Source: Atractiella rhizophila
Lineage: Eukaryota
Reading direction: 5' to 3'
Length of the DNA stretch: 41,949 nucleotides
Assembly: GCA_021432655.1 (NCBI GenBank)
Contig: MU271259.1
Span: forward strand, 1-41,949
The stretch's first letter is position 1; every line of letters starts with the position of its first letter. Positions 20,956 through 32,128 of this stretch are shown in pieces. A program made the translations under genes and the position numbers. The notes under the pieces were generated by a model. The model was not told the DNA's origin. It made no database searches and saw nothing but the letters and a program-made list of their open reading frames with translations.

Positions 20956-23900
20956 ATGACCTCCCATTTCAAATCATTGTCCCTTCTCTCTCTATGCATA
21001 TTTCTTGAAGTTCTTGGGCAAGAACCCGAAGCAGGAGCAGAGGAACGAAACGGAATCCGACCTCAAACGGGTTGGACTATCTTGGGAGCTTTCGCCGGTG
21101 CAATCTGCCTCATTTTTCTGAGTGTTTGGCTCAGGTGAGTGGTTCTATCATGTTCCCATGCACCGAACTCCTGCTGAAACATCGGTGCAGGAATTTCTGT
21201 GATTGGTCAACTTTCTTTTTTGGCCTTCTTTGCTCACCTTTCACGATACTGGAGGTGATCCTCCAGAAACTGCAGGTGATCCTCTGCGTTCCAGAGGATC
21301 GCCGGTTCAGTCTCACCTTCTGGATCGACCCTAGCCTTTCCGGCAGAAATCGAAGAATATATTACTATATAGAACAAGTCATGAAGAAGCTGGTTCTTGA
21401 TCCATCGTATGACCTGGTTGCAGCCGAGAAGCTTCGCTTTAAATTGTGAGCCTTCCTGTTTCGATTAACTGTTTTCTCTAAAGTATTTTGCTTAAACCGT
21501 TTGGGGAAAAGTAAAGTCGAAAAGTATCTCAGGAACTCAAAGAAGACGCATACAACGTGTTTTGCTGAGGTTTGGCGCACTTTTGATTCACAATTAAACG
21601 AACTCTCCAGTGCCCTGTTGCGTTCAGCACCCTCCGAATGCTTCCTTCTACGGTGGGAGCAGACGACTCGTCGCACACTTTCCGGCCTTCAGAGAGCGGT
21701 TAGGCTCCTTGACTACTCAGTGGCGGATCTTGTGAAGGTGCAGAACACTGGCGTTCAGAACACCTTCGAAGAGTGGCTCATGGTCAGGTCGCAGCAGGAC
21801 GGGTTGCCCGCTGTATGTATTCCTTTTCAATGCAACAGCTGACTGAGCTAGGCCGCAACCAGTCCTTAAAACGTATGATAAAAGTCACCTTCTTCTCCGC
21901 TGCGGTTCAGGAAAGTACGGGCGACGGGATTAGGAGCTGGATTCTCAGATGGTATCGGAAGGAGATGGGGGAAGTTGGCGCAGAGAGTGAGAAGAGCCAC
22001 CTACATGACCTTCCATACCTTCCACGCCATGGTTGGAAGAAGAGGAAGAGAATGGAGCAAGATTGCATGCTTTTGATAAGATGTGCAACCTTATTCCGTA
22101 CGCTTATTTTCCCTCAACACAATTGCCTTAAAAACATGAGACAGTTGACTTGGATGCACCGACAAGCACTTCTTCCTACGATACCCTTTTTGCATCTCCG
22201 ATTCTGAACCACGAGCGATCTATTGCACCAGAAGCAGCAGAGCGGCGCCGGGTCAGGATTCGCGCATTGTTTGGGGATACGCAGGAGATGGGAGAATGGA
22301 AGGAGCAGATAGGAAGCCTGAAGGATCAGGTTATCTCTTCATCCTTACTCACAGCCTTTGCTCACAAATAGCATAGCTACTATTGACAACCGTGAAGAAA
22401 TCCTTGCAGTCCGGCGCAGCAGACAGATTGCAGCGTTCCCTAACAGCAGGGAAGGATGGGGAAGAAGGTCTGTCCAGTGTCGTCTTGCGGCGCATTAGAG
22501 GATATTGACAGCCATGACTTAGACCTCAAATACATCCTGGACCTCCTCAAGTTCTTACCGGATTCTCAAGGATGTGAAGCAGTAATCGACGTTCTCGTAC
22601 AATGGATCTCAACGAATGTTCGGAATAGAGGTACGGCATATCACGAAGTAGACTCGGAGGGCAGTGAAGAGGCATTCGATGCCGCATCCTATGTCAACCA
22701 TATGATGGTTGCTTTGAATGATGTAGCCGTGGATGTGAAAGCGTTAGGAGAAGGTGCTTGTTTCGATGAAATCAGGACCAAGGTCGTATTTTATCGAAGA
22801 AGATGTCCATGGCTGATGTCGAACAGGTTTCGATGGAAATTGTAAACGCGACGGGACAGGCAGCAAACTTGCTTTCGTCATATCTTGACAACATGTTGAG
22901 GATGCAAAAGGACCCATTATCTGGACCGTCGCTTGACAACAGCGTCAAAAAGATGGTGAGCCCCACTATCACTCTCTCGCATAATGTATGAGCTGAAGTT
23001 CATCCAGTTGCACATATACTCTTTTCTACAAGCAAAGGACGTCTTTCTTGAACTACACGCTCGACGGCTTGCGAGGAGGATCATAAGATTCGGACATGTG
23101 GATGAGGGGAAAGAAAGGGAAATCGCTCAGCTTATTTTGGGGAGAGAGTCAGAATATGGTCAAAAAATCACCCGACTGCTTGCCGGTACCTTTTCTCCAT
23201 GTGTCTTTTGTCCTCGAAGCTGATAGGTTCTTAGACGTAGACTCGTCAAAAACATTGGTTCAACGATTCAACCAAGACAGAAAACCCGGCATCGGTTTGT
23301 CCACTCCTTTGTGCTTTGAGCCAAGTTTGATGGGTTCGCCACCTTGCAGCCTTTCGCGCCATTGTATTTTCTGCTTCTGCCGTAACCCTCCCTCCATCCG
23401 ACATCCATGGTATCAGACTTCCCAAGGAGCTTGGACTTTCACTTGACGAATTCAATGCGGTTTTCAACACGGCGCACCAGTGAATTTCATTTTATCCCTT
23501 GAAATGAGAGCTAATAGTGGCGCAGAGGGCGGAAACTAACATACTTGCTCCACCTTTCAACTGTTGAGCTTCAGACGTTATTTACGACCACCAAATATAG
23601 AATTCAAGCATCAGTTCCCCAAGCCACCATTCTCCTTCTCTTCACCGAACATCAAACAGATATCAACGCGGCTAGAGTCGCACAAGCAGTAGGATTGTCG
23701 GAGAAGGCAGCTGTCTTACTCCTCGAAGGATTGGTTAAGCGAAAGCTGTTACTTTCTGAGAATGGGGAATACTGTCTAAACTTTCGTGAGACCTTCACCA
23801 ATAGATGCGGCAACATTACTGAGGGTTCCATAGAATTTTCCAGTAACAGGGTTCAAATACCACTTCAGGGTCTCAAGGTGGATAAGCATAAGGAGGAAGT

Positions 23901-24304
23901 ATCAGCAGCAATCAAACATGTCGACAAGAGTCGACTTCTCACAATAGAGGCCGCAGTCGTTCGGTGAGCTGTTCTTGCGGTGTTACCTTCTTCGATTAAT
24001 CATTGCATGTGGCTTCTTAGAGTGATGAAATGTTCGAAAGAGCTAACAACACAGAATTTGGTGACTGTCGGTCTTGATTTCCATCAAGTATTTGGTGATT
24101 CCATTGCTTGCCTCTAGGAGACAATCAGCGCCGTCCGTGGCCAATTCAAACCTGTCATAAAGGATATCGACAACGCCGTCAGAGCACTGGTTGAAAAGGG
24201 ATTCTTGAGCAAAAACGATGGAGAACCCGAGACCTATACAGTGAGTCTCCGTATTCCATTACATTTTCTTCACGTCTGACTCTTTCTGGTAGTACGTTGC
24301 ATAA
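20956..24304 (+). CDS. Divergent cullin-family protein with predicted N-terminal signal peptide and transmembrane helix
   Basis: Cullin homology segments AANLLSSYLDNML, YSFLQAKDVFLELHARRLARRII, EYGQKITRLLADV and GRKLTYLLHLSTVEL. Neddylation motif RLLTIEAAVVR|VMK; IKDIDNAVRALVEKGFL; C-terminal YT|YVA* (TAA 24302-24304). The 5' exons were joined by hand, so the N-terminal extension is less certain than the cullin call. Confidence 0.85.
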
Positions 24305-24758
24305 CTCCATGCAGCTCTACAGATTTCATAAACACGCGATGTCAAGGTTTCCGTTTTACACACCGAGTTTGAGACTGTACTTGTGTTCAAAAGGTCGTAC
24401 GTCGATTCAAATTTCCTCTATTAAGCGACGTTTGTTGTTGTTTTATATTAATGGTAGTAGATGTTTCTCGAAACAAGAACTATGAGCCAGGTTTGTAAAA
24501 CGGAGTCAGATGGAATTTTCGCAATGAACATCATATTCTGATATCCTCCTGAGCCTCTAACCTTTAGAGCACAGTTGACTCTGATGAATTACGGCTCCGT
24601 TGCGCATTACGACCACTTTACAGTAACGTGAAGTTCATGAAAAGTTGAAGTTGTGAACGTTCGCCTAGCTACAATGACTCACTGAAACGGGATGTGTGTA
24701 ACACACCGGTCAATCGCCCATCAAGTTGTTCAAAATCACATAGGGATCGTGACCTGAG

Positions 24759-25756
24759 ATGGTTTCATTCGGGCTTCCCAAATCCTGGGAAGCGGAGGCT
24801 AAAGCGCGTTTCGACAAGCATTTCAATACACTCACCTCTCCCTACGTCACCGTACCTGCCACCGCACTCACGACAGTCCTCCTCACCTTAGGGTACCTGA
24901 GATTTTCGAAAAGGCGGTTGAAACGCATAAGAAACGTGGACCACCTTGAGCCATGGGTTATTGAGAGTGGAAAAGTCCTGAAGGGCAGAGTGACGAGGTG
25001 CGCTATTCACCCATTTAACAATGGGCCGACGCGAAGAACCCGTATTGGACGGGTGAAGTGTAGGGGATGGAGACAATTTCAGGTTCTACCATCGACCCGG
25101 GTTATATAGACTCCGCAGAGTCCCATCAAGCAAGACAGTTACGTGCACTTGTGCGCGAGGGCGACTGACCTGCTTATCTTCGACCGTTCTTAGACCTAAA
25201 GGATGAAACGTTGCATATCCGTCTCGCAGGTGTTGACGCTCCAGAAGCCGCACATTTTGGGAAACCTGCTCAGCCATATTCTGCTGAAGCTCTACAGTGG
25301 TTGACCAAGTATCTCAATGGCCGAAATGTTGCCGTGCGCCTGTTCTCCAAAGATCGGTATGGACGTGTCGTGAGTAGTCGAATATTCTAAATTGCAGAAT
25401 TAATTTTGATCAGGTTGGAATGACTTATATCCGTCGTTTCCCTTGGCTCTGGCGTACAAATGTTTCAGAGGAAATGCTTAAAGCTGGCTGTGAGCACCAT
25501 CTTCCAATCAAGTTTTGGATTTGACAAGGCGCAAAGTGGCAACTCTCTACGAACAGGATGGTGCACAATATGGAGGGTCCTTAGAACGCTTCAAACAGCT
25601 TGAGGCAACAGCGAAGTGGGTATCTCTCGTCACTACTCATCTATTTGCTGAAAGAGGCATAGACAAAAAGGCAGAGGGATGTGGGCGAAACCCATGTGGG
25701 GGAAGGGGGCTTACGAAAGTCCTGCTGAATACAAGAGACGACATTCAGGCGCCTGA
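24759..25756 (+). CDS. LCL3: Lcl3 staphylococcal-nuclease-like (TNase) endonuclease with an N-terminal TM segment
   Basis: [72 protein letters not shown] and ESPAEYKRR. Confidence 0.9.
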
Positions 25757-26252
25757 AAAATGTTGCCTACTAAGTATGAGGACATTCGGATATGTTGTTG
25801 TAAATAGGATAACTAGTCGTGAAGCACTGTGCATTTTATGGTTCGCTTTGTCTTTTTTTGAATTGGTCTGCAGCTTTAATTGAAAGAAAGGCTACTAGCC
25901 GGCTCCATGCATGCAGTTTTACCAACCGCAAATGGATTCGTTGAAAGTACCAGACTGCATATCTGTCTGCTTGATGAGAATGGTCGCATTTGGTTTCGAT
26001 TCCTTGGTTTGCCGCAGTTGCATAATTAAACTTCGCCCCAACCTTCTGTACAATTTACACACCATACAGATATTTCGATATCTGTTCATCTGTGGTTGTT
26101 TTCAGTTTCGTCGGCTCAGCCTACCGCGGCCAGCAGGAACAAATTGTGGCGATAGAGATTGGGGTGCGGAGTTCGCATTGTCTCTAACAGCTGTATTCTA
26201 TTTGAGACGTGTCGAATTGGTACCACGTTTGCAGGCACCTAAGCGTTGTACA

Positions 26253-27491
26253 ATGGCGGCTTTTTCTCAGACGAGTTTTAATGCAGCAAGGTAAGTCTTT
26301 GCGGCTACGATTCATCTTCACGAATTAAGCAACATGGTTCTCAGATATCTATCCGCTCGCCCGTCTGTCTTCGCAAGTAATTTCCCCAGCCGTAGTCTTA
26401 CCTTTCCAACATCTTAGCGCGTATCCTTCGCGGGTATACAATGTCCTCAAGAAGTATCACTATGAGCTCTATGGAGGTGCTCCTCCTGCCGGCTTAGGTG
26501 CAACCGTGGCCATTGATCTCGGTTGTGGACCTGGAACGGCAACTCACTCACTTTCTCGCTTTCCCTTCTCGAAGACGATAGGCATAGAACCATCCCCTCA
26601 AATGATTTCCGTAGCGCAGAACTCTGCAAGAGATATTTCTAAGCTGATTGTGACGACGGAGACTGACGCTCAACCTGGAGAGGTGGAGTTCAAAGCGGGA
26701 AATGCGGAGGAGACAGTGAAAGAGTTATCTGAAGCAAGCGTAGATTTTATTGGAGCCGGTCAGGTATACCCCTCTCTCTAAAACATCAGGGAACCACGAA
26801 TAATTCGTCCGAAAGGCAGCACACTGGTTCGACTACGAAGGAGAATTGTATGATGTTTTCGCACGCGTTTTGAAGGAGAGAGGAACAGTTGCATTCTGGG
26901 TTAGCTGGTTCCTTTTCTCGCACATAGTGTCCTGAAACTGTACCAGGGATATGGGGAGATGTATTTTCCTTTCCACCCAGAGCTTTCGGCTGCAATAACT
27001 CAGTATTCGGGTGAAACCTTACGTTCGCTTTCGCAAACGATCATTTCTTCCGTGTCCTGACGAAGGGTAAAGGTGATTTCTGGCAGCAACCAGGTCGCTC
27101 AAAGACAGAGCAACTGCTGCAGCCCATCCCTTTTCCCCCTGATAACGGAAAATGGGACACCTCCTCCTTCGTCCGCATCCAATGCCCTTCACCCACTCTA
27201 TCGATCCCGGAACCAACTACTCTCGTTATACCGGACAATTCTGTTAATCGGCAACTCCTCAGTGGCGAAGATTTATATCTCGAGGAGGAATGGACAACAG
27301 CTAATTTGTTGGAATACCTCAAGACTTGGAGCAGTGCCCATGTGTACAATCGCAAGCATGGGCTAGAAGGGGACGAAGTTATTGAAAAGCAAGTATGGAA
27401 GAAGTTTGACGAATCATTCAAAGAAGACGAGAAATTTATTGTGAGATGGCCAATGGGTTTCATCATGTTCAAGAGGTCTGGAGGGAAGTAA
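26253..27491 (+). CDS. Class I SAM-dependent small-molecule methyltransferase (Tmt1/Crg1-like)
   Basis: MAAFSQTSFNAARYLSARPAYP, AIDLGCGPG, IGIEPSPQMI, SVDFIGAGQAAHWFD, RGTVAFW and EYLKTWSS. Confidence 0.9.
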
Positions 27492-27985
27492 AGCATGCCC
27501 TGCCCTATGATGACTCCAGAATTCTGCAGAACCGGCGCTATTGATGTTGACATTACTGACAAGATATAACACATCAAGCAATATCTCAAAGTGGGGGATG
27601 AACCATGCAGATTTCGATCACTCGTTTTGACAAGTATTCGAATGGTGTTTTCGTTTGTTACAGATAAGATGTAACATCTAGCTGAGAAGTGTTTGGGCAC
27701 TATTTCGGCATTGATTAGATACACCACTGTCATCAAAAAGTATACAAAGCTTGACGATTCAACAACAGTAAGAAGTCGAATCTAAGTGGCGTAAAAAGCA
27801 AAAGACTTTGAAACTCCCGGAAATACATTCGGGGGACAAAAGAAATCAATAAGAATAATACGGCAGTCTAAAGTGCAAGGGACGAAATGAATTTGAGTGA
27901 AAATGGTGTCTTTGAACAAATGTAAACAGATTCATCCAGGAGTTCATGCTGAGTCGTGTCGTAGTACTAAGGGTGGTGTTGTCGC

Positions 27986-30180
27986 TTAATCTGAGCCGTG
28001 AAATGTCGACTGCCTGCTGGGCTGGAGAAACATTTTCTGGCTCGAAGACATGCTCCGAAGTTGTGCCCAGCCTTGTGACTGTGGTCAGCTCTTCAATATG
28101 ACACTCTGGTTAACGAACGCACCTTTGAGCGCAAAGAGCAGCAAAATCTCCACGAAAATCAGGGCGACGAAGGAAACGGTTAGATTGAGGATTCCCATCA
28201 TATGATCTAGGAGTGGCCACCTTCGTCACCACATTGTGCAACATTGCTAAAAAGAGGAGCGCACCCAGTCCATTTCTCATCGCCGCAAAAACCACTTGTT
28301 CTGAGGACTCCACAAAAGTAACTCCTCCGCAAGCGAGGCAGAAGGCAGCTACAAGCTCAGTTGGCGGTCGTGAGGGTAGAATAGAGGACGGCGGCCTCAG
28401 GAAGAGGAACACTGCAATTTGATTTGATTCCGTCATTCATTACAGTCTCACAACAATGAAGAGACGGACCATAAGTCGCCAGTCGTGCGATTCCAAAGAC
28501 AGCCAAGAAGTTTCCCCAAAGCTTATGGATGTCAGTGGAGAACTGATACGTTTGACTACTCTGCACATCAACACGACGCACTGTGTAAGGAGCAGGTACG
28601 TACTGATGGGATCCCATTGCCGCACCGACCAAGAAAATAGTTACGGCTGGAATTGGATTAAAAGAATAACCGTAAGTGATGGGTTTTTGCACTTCAGATA
28701 GGCTGCGATGGTTGAGACGAGAAACGGAGGCGAGAGAAAGCCAATTCTTGATCCGCTTGCTTTCGAGAAGTAAACCCAGAAGTCCCATGTAGCACATCAT
28801 TACAGCTAGGACTATTCTCAGACCCCATCTAAAGCAATGAAGAGAATAGCTAACCAATGCTAATGTGTTGTAGTTCCTTCACCGTTACGGGATCTGCGGC
28901 TGTCTTCCCTGTTCGCTCGCCAAACTGCTGAGTGGCACCATATCTGAAACTTATAATTAATGGAGAATCAAACAAGGAAGGAAGACGGCTCACATGAAGA
29001 TGAAAAAACATTCCACAAATTCTGCAGAAGGGAAGTGATCCCTCCAAGAGTTGGTAAGTGGCTTCTTGTTCCAACTCCATCCCAGTTCGCTCCAAGCTCC
29101 TAGGTACCTCGCGAAAGTCAAGAAACCGTACCAAATGAAGACGGAGCCCTTTTGCCAGCATCAGCACTATCTTCTATTCATAGAAACAGATTAAACAACC
29201 TTAATGACATGAGCAAGACAGTTATTAATGTAGGCGGCTCTGCATTGACCGGTGTAGATAATGCCTCCACTGATGGCGGCCGCAAATCCAAGGAGAACGA
29301 CAGACCGATCTAATCCGATGATTGCGAATTTGACAGCCGTTTGGAGCGCCGACTTCTCCTGTCTCTTGGGAAGATAGTCAAAGTGATCCTTTTCGGGATC
29401 CCAAGAAGGCATCCTCCTATGGGAGTTTCGAACCGATTGTCTATATTCGGAATGAGGGAACGACTCGACGGAGGTCGGTGAGCGAGCTCCTCCGGTTCGC
29501 TCGTCAGAAGCGTCTCCTCCTCGTTCCCGTTCACCGAAGTGTAACCCTGGGTGCGGGAGCAAGTCTTCCCGGTCAACCATTTGCGTGCGAAAGAAATTAG
29601 GTCGCTCAGGTTTAGGAGAAAGATGATGGCGATCGTTGCCCAACTGAGCGCGGAATGCGTCTCCCCCTCATAAAGATTCGGAGTCGACTTCGAGTACGCG
29701 ATACCAAATATCGTTCCAAACCCAAGCGTTGAGAGGAAGGCCAGTTGAGCAGGTATCCACAAGGTATGGTGAGCGGCTTTCAGAAAGAGTGCTGTTGATG
29801 ACCGTAAGCGGCGTGCGACTCGTCGGGAAGAGAAATTACGTACCAGCTGGAAGCGCGATGAAGAAAGATAGTGTCATCGAAACCCAATGTAGCGTCATCA
29901 GGAGAGGTGCTCCATCCTCCCCTTCGGTATGGTCGTAAGCATAGAACGATAGGGGATCATCCCCATGTTCCCTATGAATCCGCTCCTCGTCCAGTTCAGC
30001 CAGAGCCATTCCATGGTGACCACTTCCCACCCCCTCTCCTCCCTCCTCGTGCTGATCCATGTCCATCTCATCCCCATCTCTCCTCGTCAAGGCGTCGATC
30101 GAATGTTCATTGTTAGAGAGTCGTGTGATAGCAGAAGAAAACACGGGAAGAGCCAGGAGCAAGGCGGTGTTGAGCTTCAT
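27986..30180 (-). CDS. Ytp1/DUF2427-family polytopic membrane protein (YCR061W-like)
   Basis: Signal peptide, His/Met/acidic N-terminus, LHWVSMTLSFFIALP, TPNLYEGETH, NCLAHVIK, ELQHISI, NPIPAVTIFLVGAAMGSHQ, IHKLWGNFL and RPPTELVAAFCLACGGVTF. Spliced stop at 27986-27988. Confidence 0.85.
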
Positions 30181-30718
30181 GGCTTCAAAATGGAATAGGG
30201 CCAGACGGAGACAGTTACGACAAGAATCGGGGTGATTACGACAGACGGGTGACTTTTATACATGCAGACTGCTTGAATTAGTGGAGCAGACCTGGTCACA
30301 GCCCCGGGCAAGGCATAAGCTGCCAGGAAGGAAATCGGTCAGCCTGCCGACAGGCGGAACTCGACGGATTCGGCATTGAAGCAATAATGAGGATTGACGG
30401 AAGTAGAAGGACAGAAATAATCGTTTCTGGGATGAAATTGACGCTTGCTTGCTTGTTCTGGCGTAATCTGAGGCTGGAACCAGAGACGGGGTGCGTGTTT
30501 CTCGTTGAGCGGGAGCAAGGAACAACCAAGAACAACAGAAGCCTCTGCCGATGCCGAAGAATCTCGGCACGGAAGCAATTGTCTTTGGTGAAGGAACAAT
30601 CTAATCGGACGGCCGGATCGGCTATCGGCCGCCGATAACATTCTCATCTGAAAAATATCACAGATATATTAATATTATTAGCAGAACAAATATGGACAAA
30701 CATCTTAGAAAGATGTTC

Positions 30719-31969
30719 TCAACGCCTTCGCCTGTCTGAACCTCTGTGAGAGTCATCCTTCTCTCTACGCCTTTCCCGTTCTCTTGAACTGTCCCTATCC
30801 CTCCGCAGCTCTCTATCCCTATCCTTGTCCTTCCTCGAGTCCCTCTCTCGATCCCGGCCCCTTTCCTGTCGTGAATCACTATCCCGCTCACGCCGTGAGT
30901 CTGTACCACGATCCTGATCTCGTCGTGAATACTTCGACTCTTCATACTCGATTTCGCGTCTTCTAGAGGAGTGATGGGGTGAAGATCTCCTGGAATCTCT
31001 TCTGGAACTCGAATGGGAGTGTCCATTTCCACGAGGAGAAGCAGATCTCGATCTGTCCCGCGAAACTGGTGCAGAACTGCTTGAAAACTGTGGATTACCA
31101 TCAATGAGCAGGTTTAAAGATGTAAATGAGGAAGTATGGCGCACTTCATCATCTCTTTCCTTTTCCCTCCTTGTGAGCGGCACAAACTTCTCCTTCCCCT
31201 TTCTCCGCTCCTCACGCGCTCTCTCCGCCCTCTGTGCATCGTCCAATTCGAGCGCGTCCGCCATAGGTTTCGCTCCAATACCTAAGAAAGCTGGTCTCGC
31301 TGGAGGCTGGTAGGCTGGCGTCATGGCGGCACCTTTCTTGAGACCCATCCCTCTTAGCAGTGCTAGTCCGAAAGCGGCCACAGGTACGCGTTCGTAGTCT
31401 TCCAAAGTCGACGAATCAGGTCGGGATTGAACGTCGGCTCGAAAAGCGTCCAGTTCATCCTGTTCCCCAATGTTCGGAGCGTTATCCTTCACTTCGATGG
31501 CTCCAATTTGATTCGCTGCCACTGTCGGATCGGTAGTCGTTGCTGTAAGAAGCTCCTTGAGCGCTTTCTGGTCTTCTGTTTCGTCCACCTTTCCTTCTTC
31601 CTCCTTTATTTCCTCCTTCGCGGGCTCCATGACCACATCCGCCTCAACGTCTTCAACCTTCTCCTTCTTCTTCACAGGTTGCAATCCCCCCTGCCTCGTC
31701 TCGACCTGAACGTCCATGTCCGCCTCTTTTCGCTTCCGAACAAGCGAAGAGTTCCTCCAATCTTTGTCAGGAGCGACGGCAATCACGAGCTCTTCATCCT
31801 GCTTCTTCTGTGCAGCTGACCTTGAGTCGAACTCGACCACCGCTTCGTCCACCGCGACTTCTTCTTCGGAATCGGAGAAGGTGACAGGTTGAGATCTCTT
31901 TGATGGTGCATGAGGTTTATGAGCTGCTTTGGGAGCTGGAGGACGTGAGATCTTGAAGGAGAATGACAT
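30719..31969 (-). CDS. SPP2: Spp2/MOS2-type G-patch pre-mRNA splicing factor with an RS/RD-rich tail
   Basis: RPDSSTLEDYERVPVAAFGLALLRGMG...RPAFLGIGAK (Spp2-type G-patch) and a C-terminal RDRD/RS-rich region. The likely start is MSFSFK at 31969. Confidence 0.85.
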   Translation of the reverse strand: MSFSFKISRPPAPKAAHKPHAPSKRSQPVTFSDSEEEVAVDEAVVEFDSRSAAQKKQDEELVIAVAPDKDWRNSSLVRKRKEADMDVQVETRQGGLQPVKKKEKVEDVEADVVMEPAKEEIKEEEGKVDETEDQKALKELLTATTTDPTVAANQIGAIEVKDNAPNIGEQDELDAFRADVQSRPDSSTLEDYERVPVAAFGLALLRGMGLKKGAAMTPAYQPPARPAFLGIGAKPMADALELDDAQRAERAREERRKGKEKFVPLTRREKERDDEVRHTSSFTSLNLLIDGNPQFSSSSAPVSRDRSRSASPRGNGHSHSSSRRDSRRSSPHHSSRRREIEYEESKYSRRDQDRGTDSRRERDSDSRQERGRDRERDSRKDKDRDRELRRDRDSSRERERRREKDDSHRGSDRRRR

Positions 31970-32128
31970 GTTGTCGTCGTTTCGGGTGGCAAACTTAGCG
32001 GTAGTTATTTCCGAAAATGGAGATTGCCGCCTCGCAGTTTCCTCATAAAAAGGCAATCGCAAGCACCAACAAACTATCATTTCACTGCAGCAATTTTTTT
32101 GGAGCGGACTAGTCACTGTCTTGTGAGA

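Noticed and set aside
21249..21266. Hairpin CTGGAGG-TGAT-CCTCCAG and repeated AGGTGATCCTC in cullin exon 2
   Set aside because: A 7-bp stem inside coding sequence is expected by chance. Its only relevance is the two weak GTGATC donors already considered under the cullin finding.
24759..27491. Adjacent nuclease and methyltransferase read as a restriction-modification-like or defence pair
   Set aside because: Lcl3 is a conserved fungal TNase-family gene. The methyltransferase is Tmt1/Crg1-type (small-molecule) and lacks DNA-methyltransferase catalytic motifs.
30719..31060. Purine/pyrimidine-skewed repetitive tract
   Set aside because: Explained by the RD/RS-rich coding tail of the G-patch protein; not a CRISPR array or satellite.
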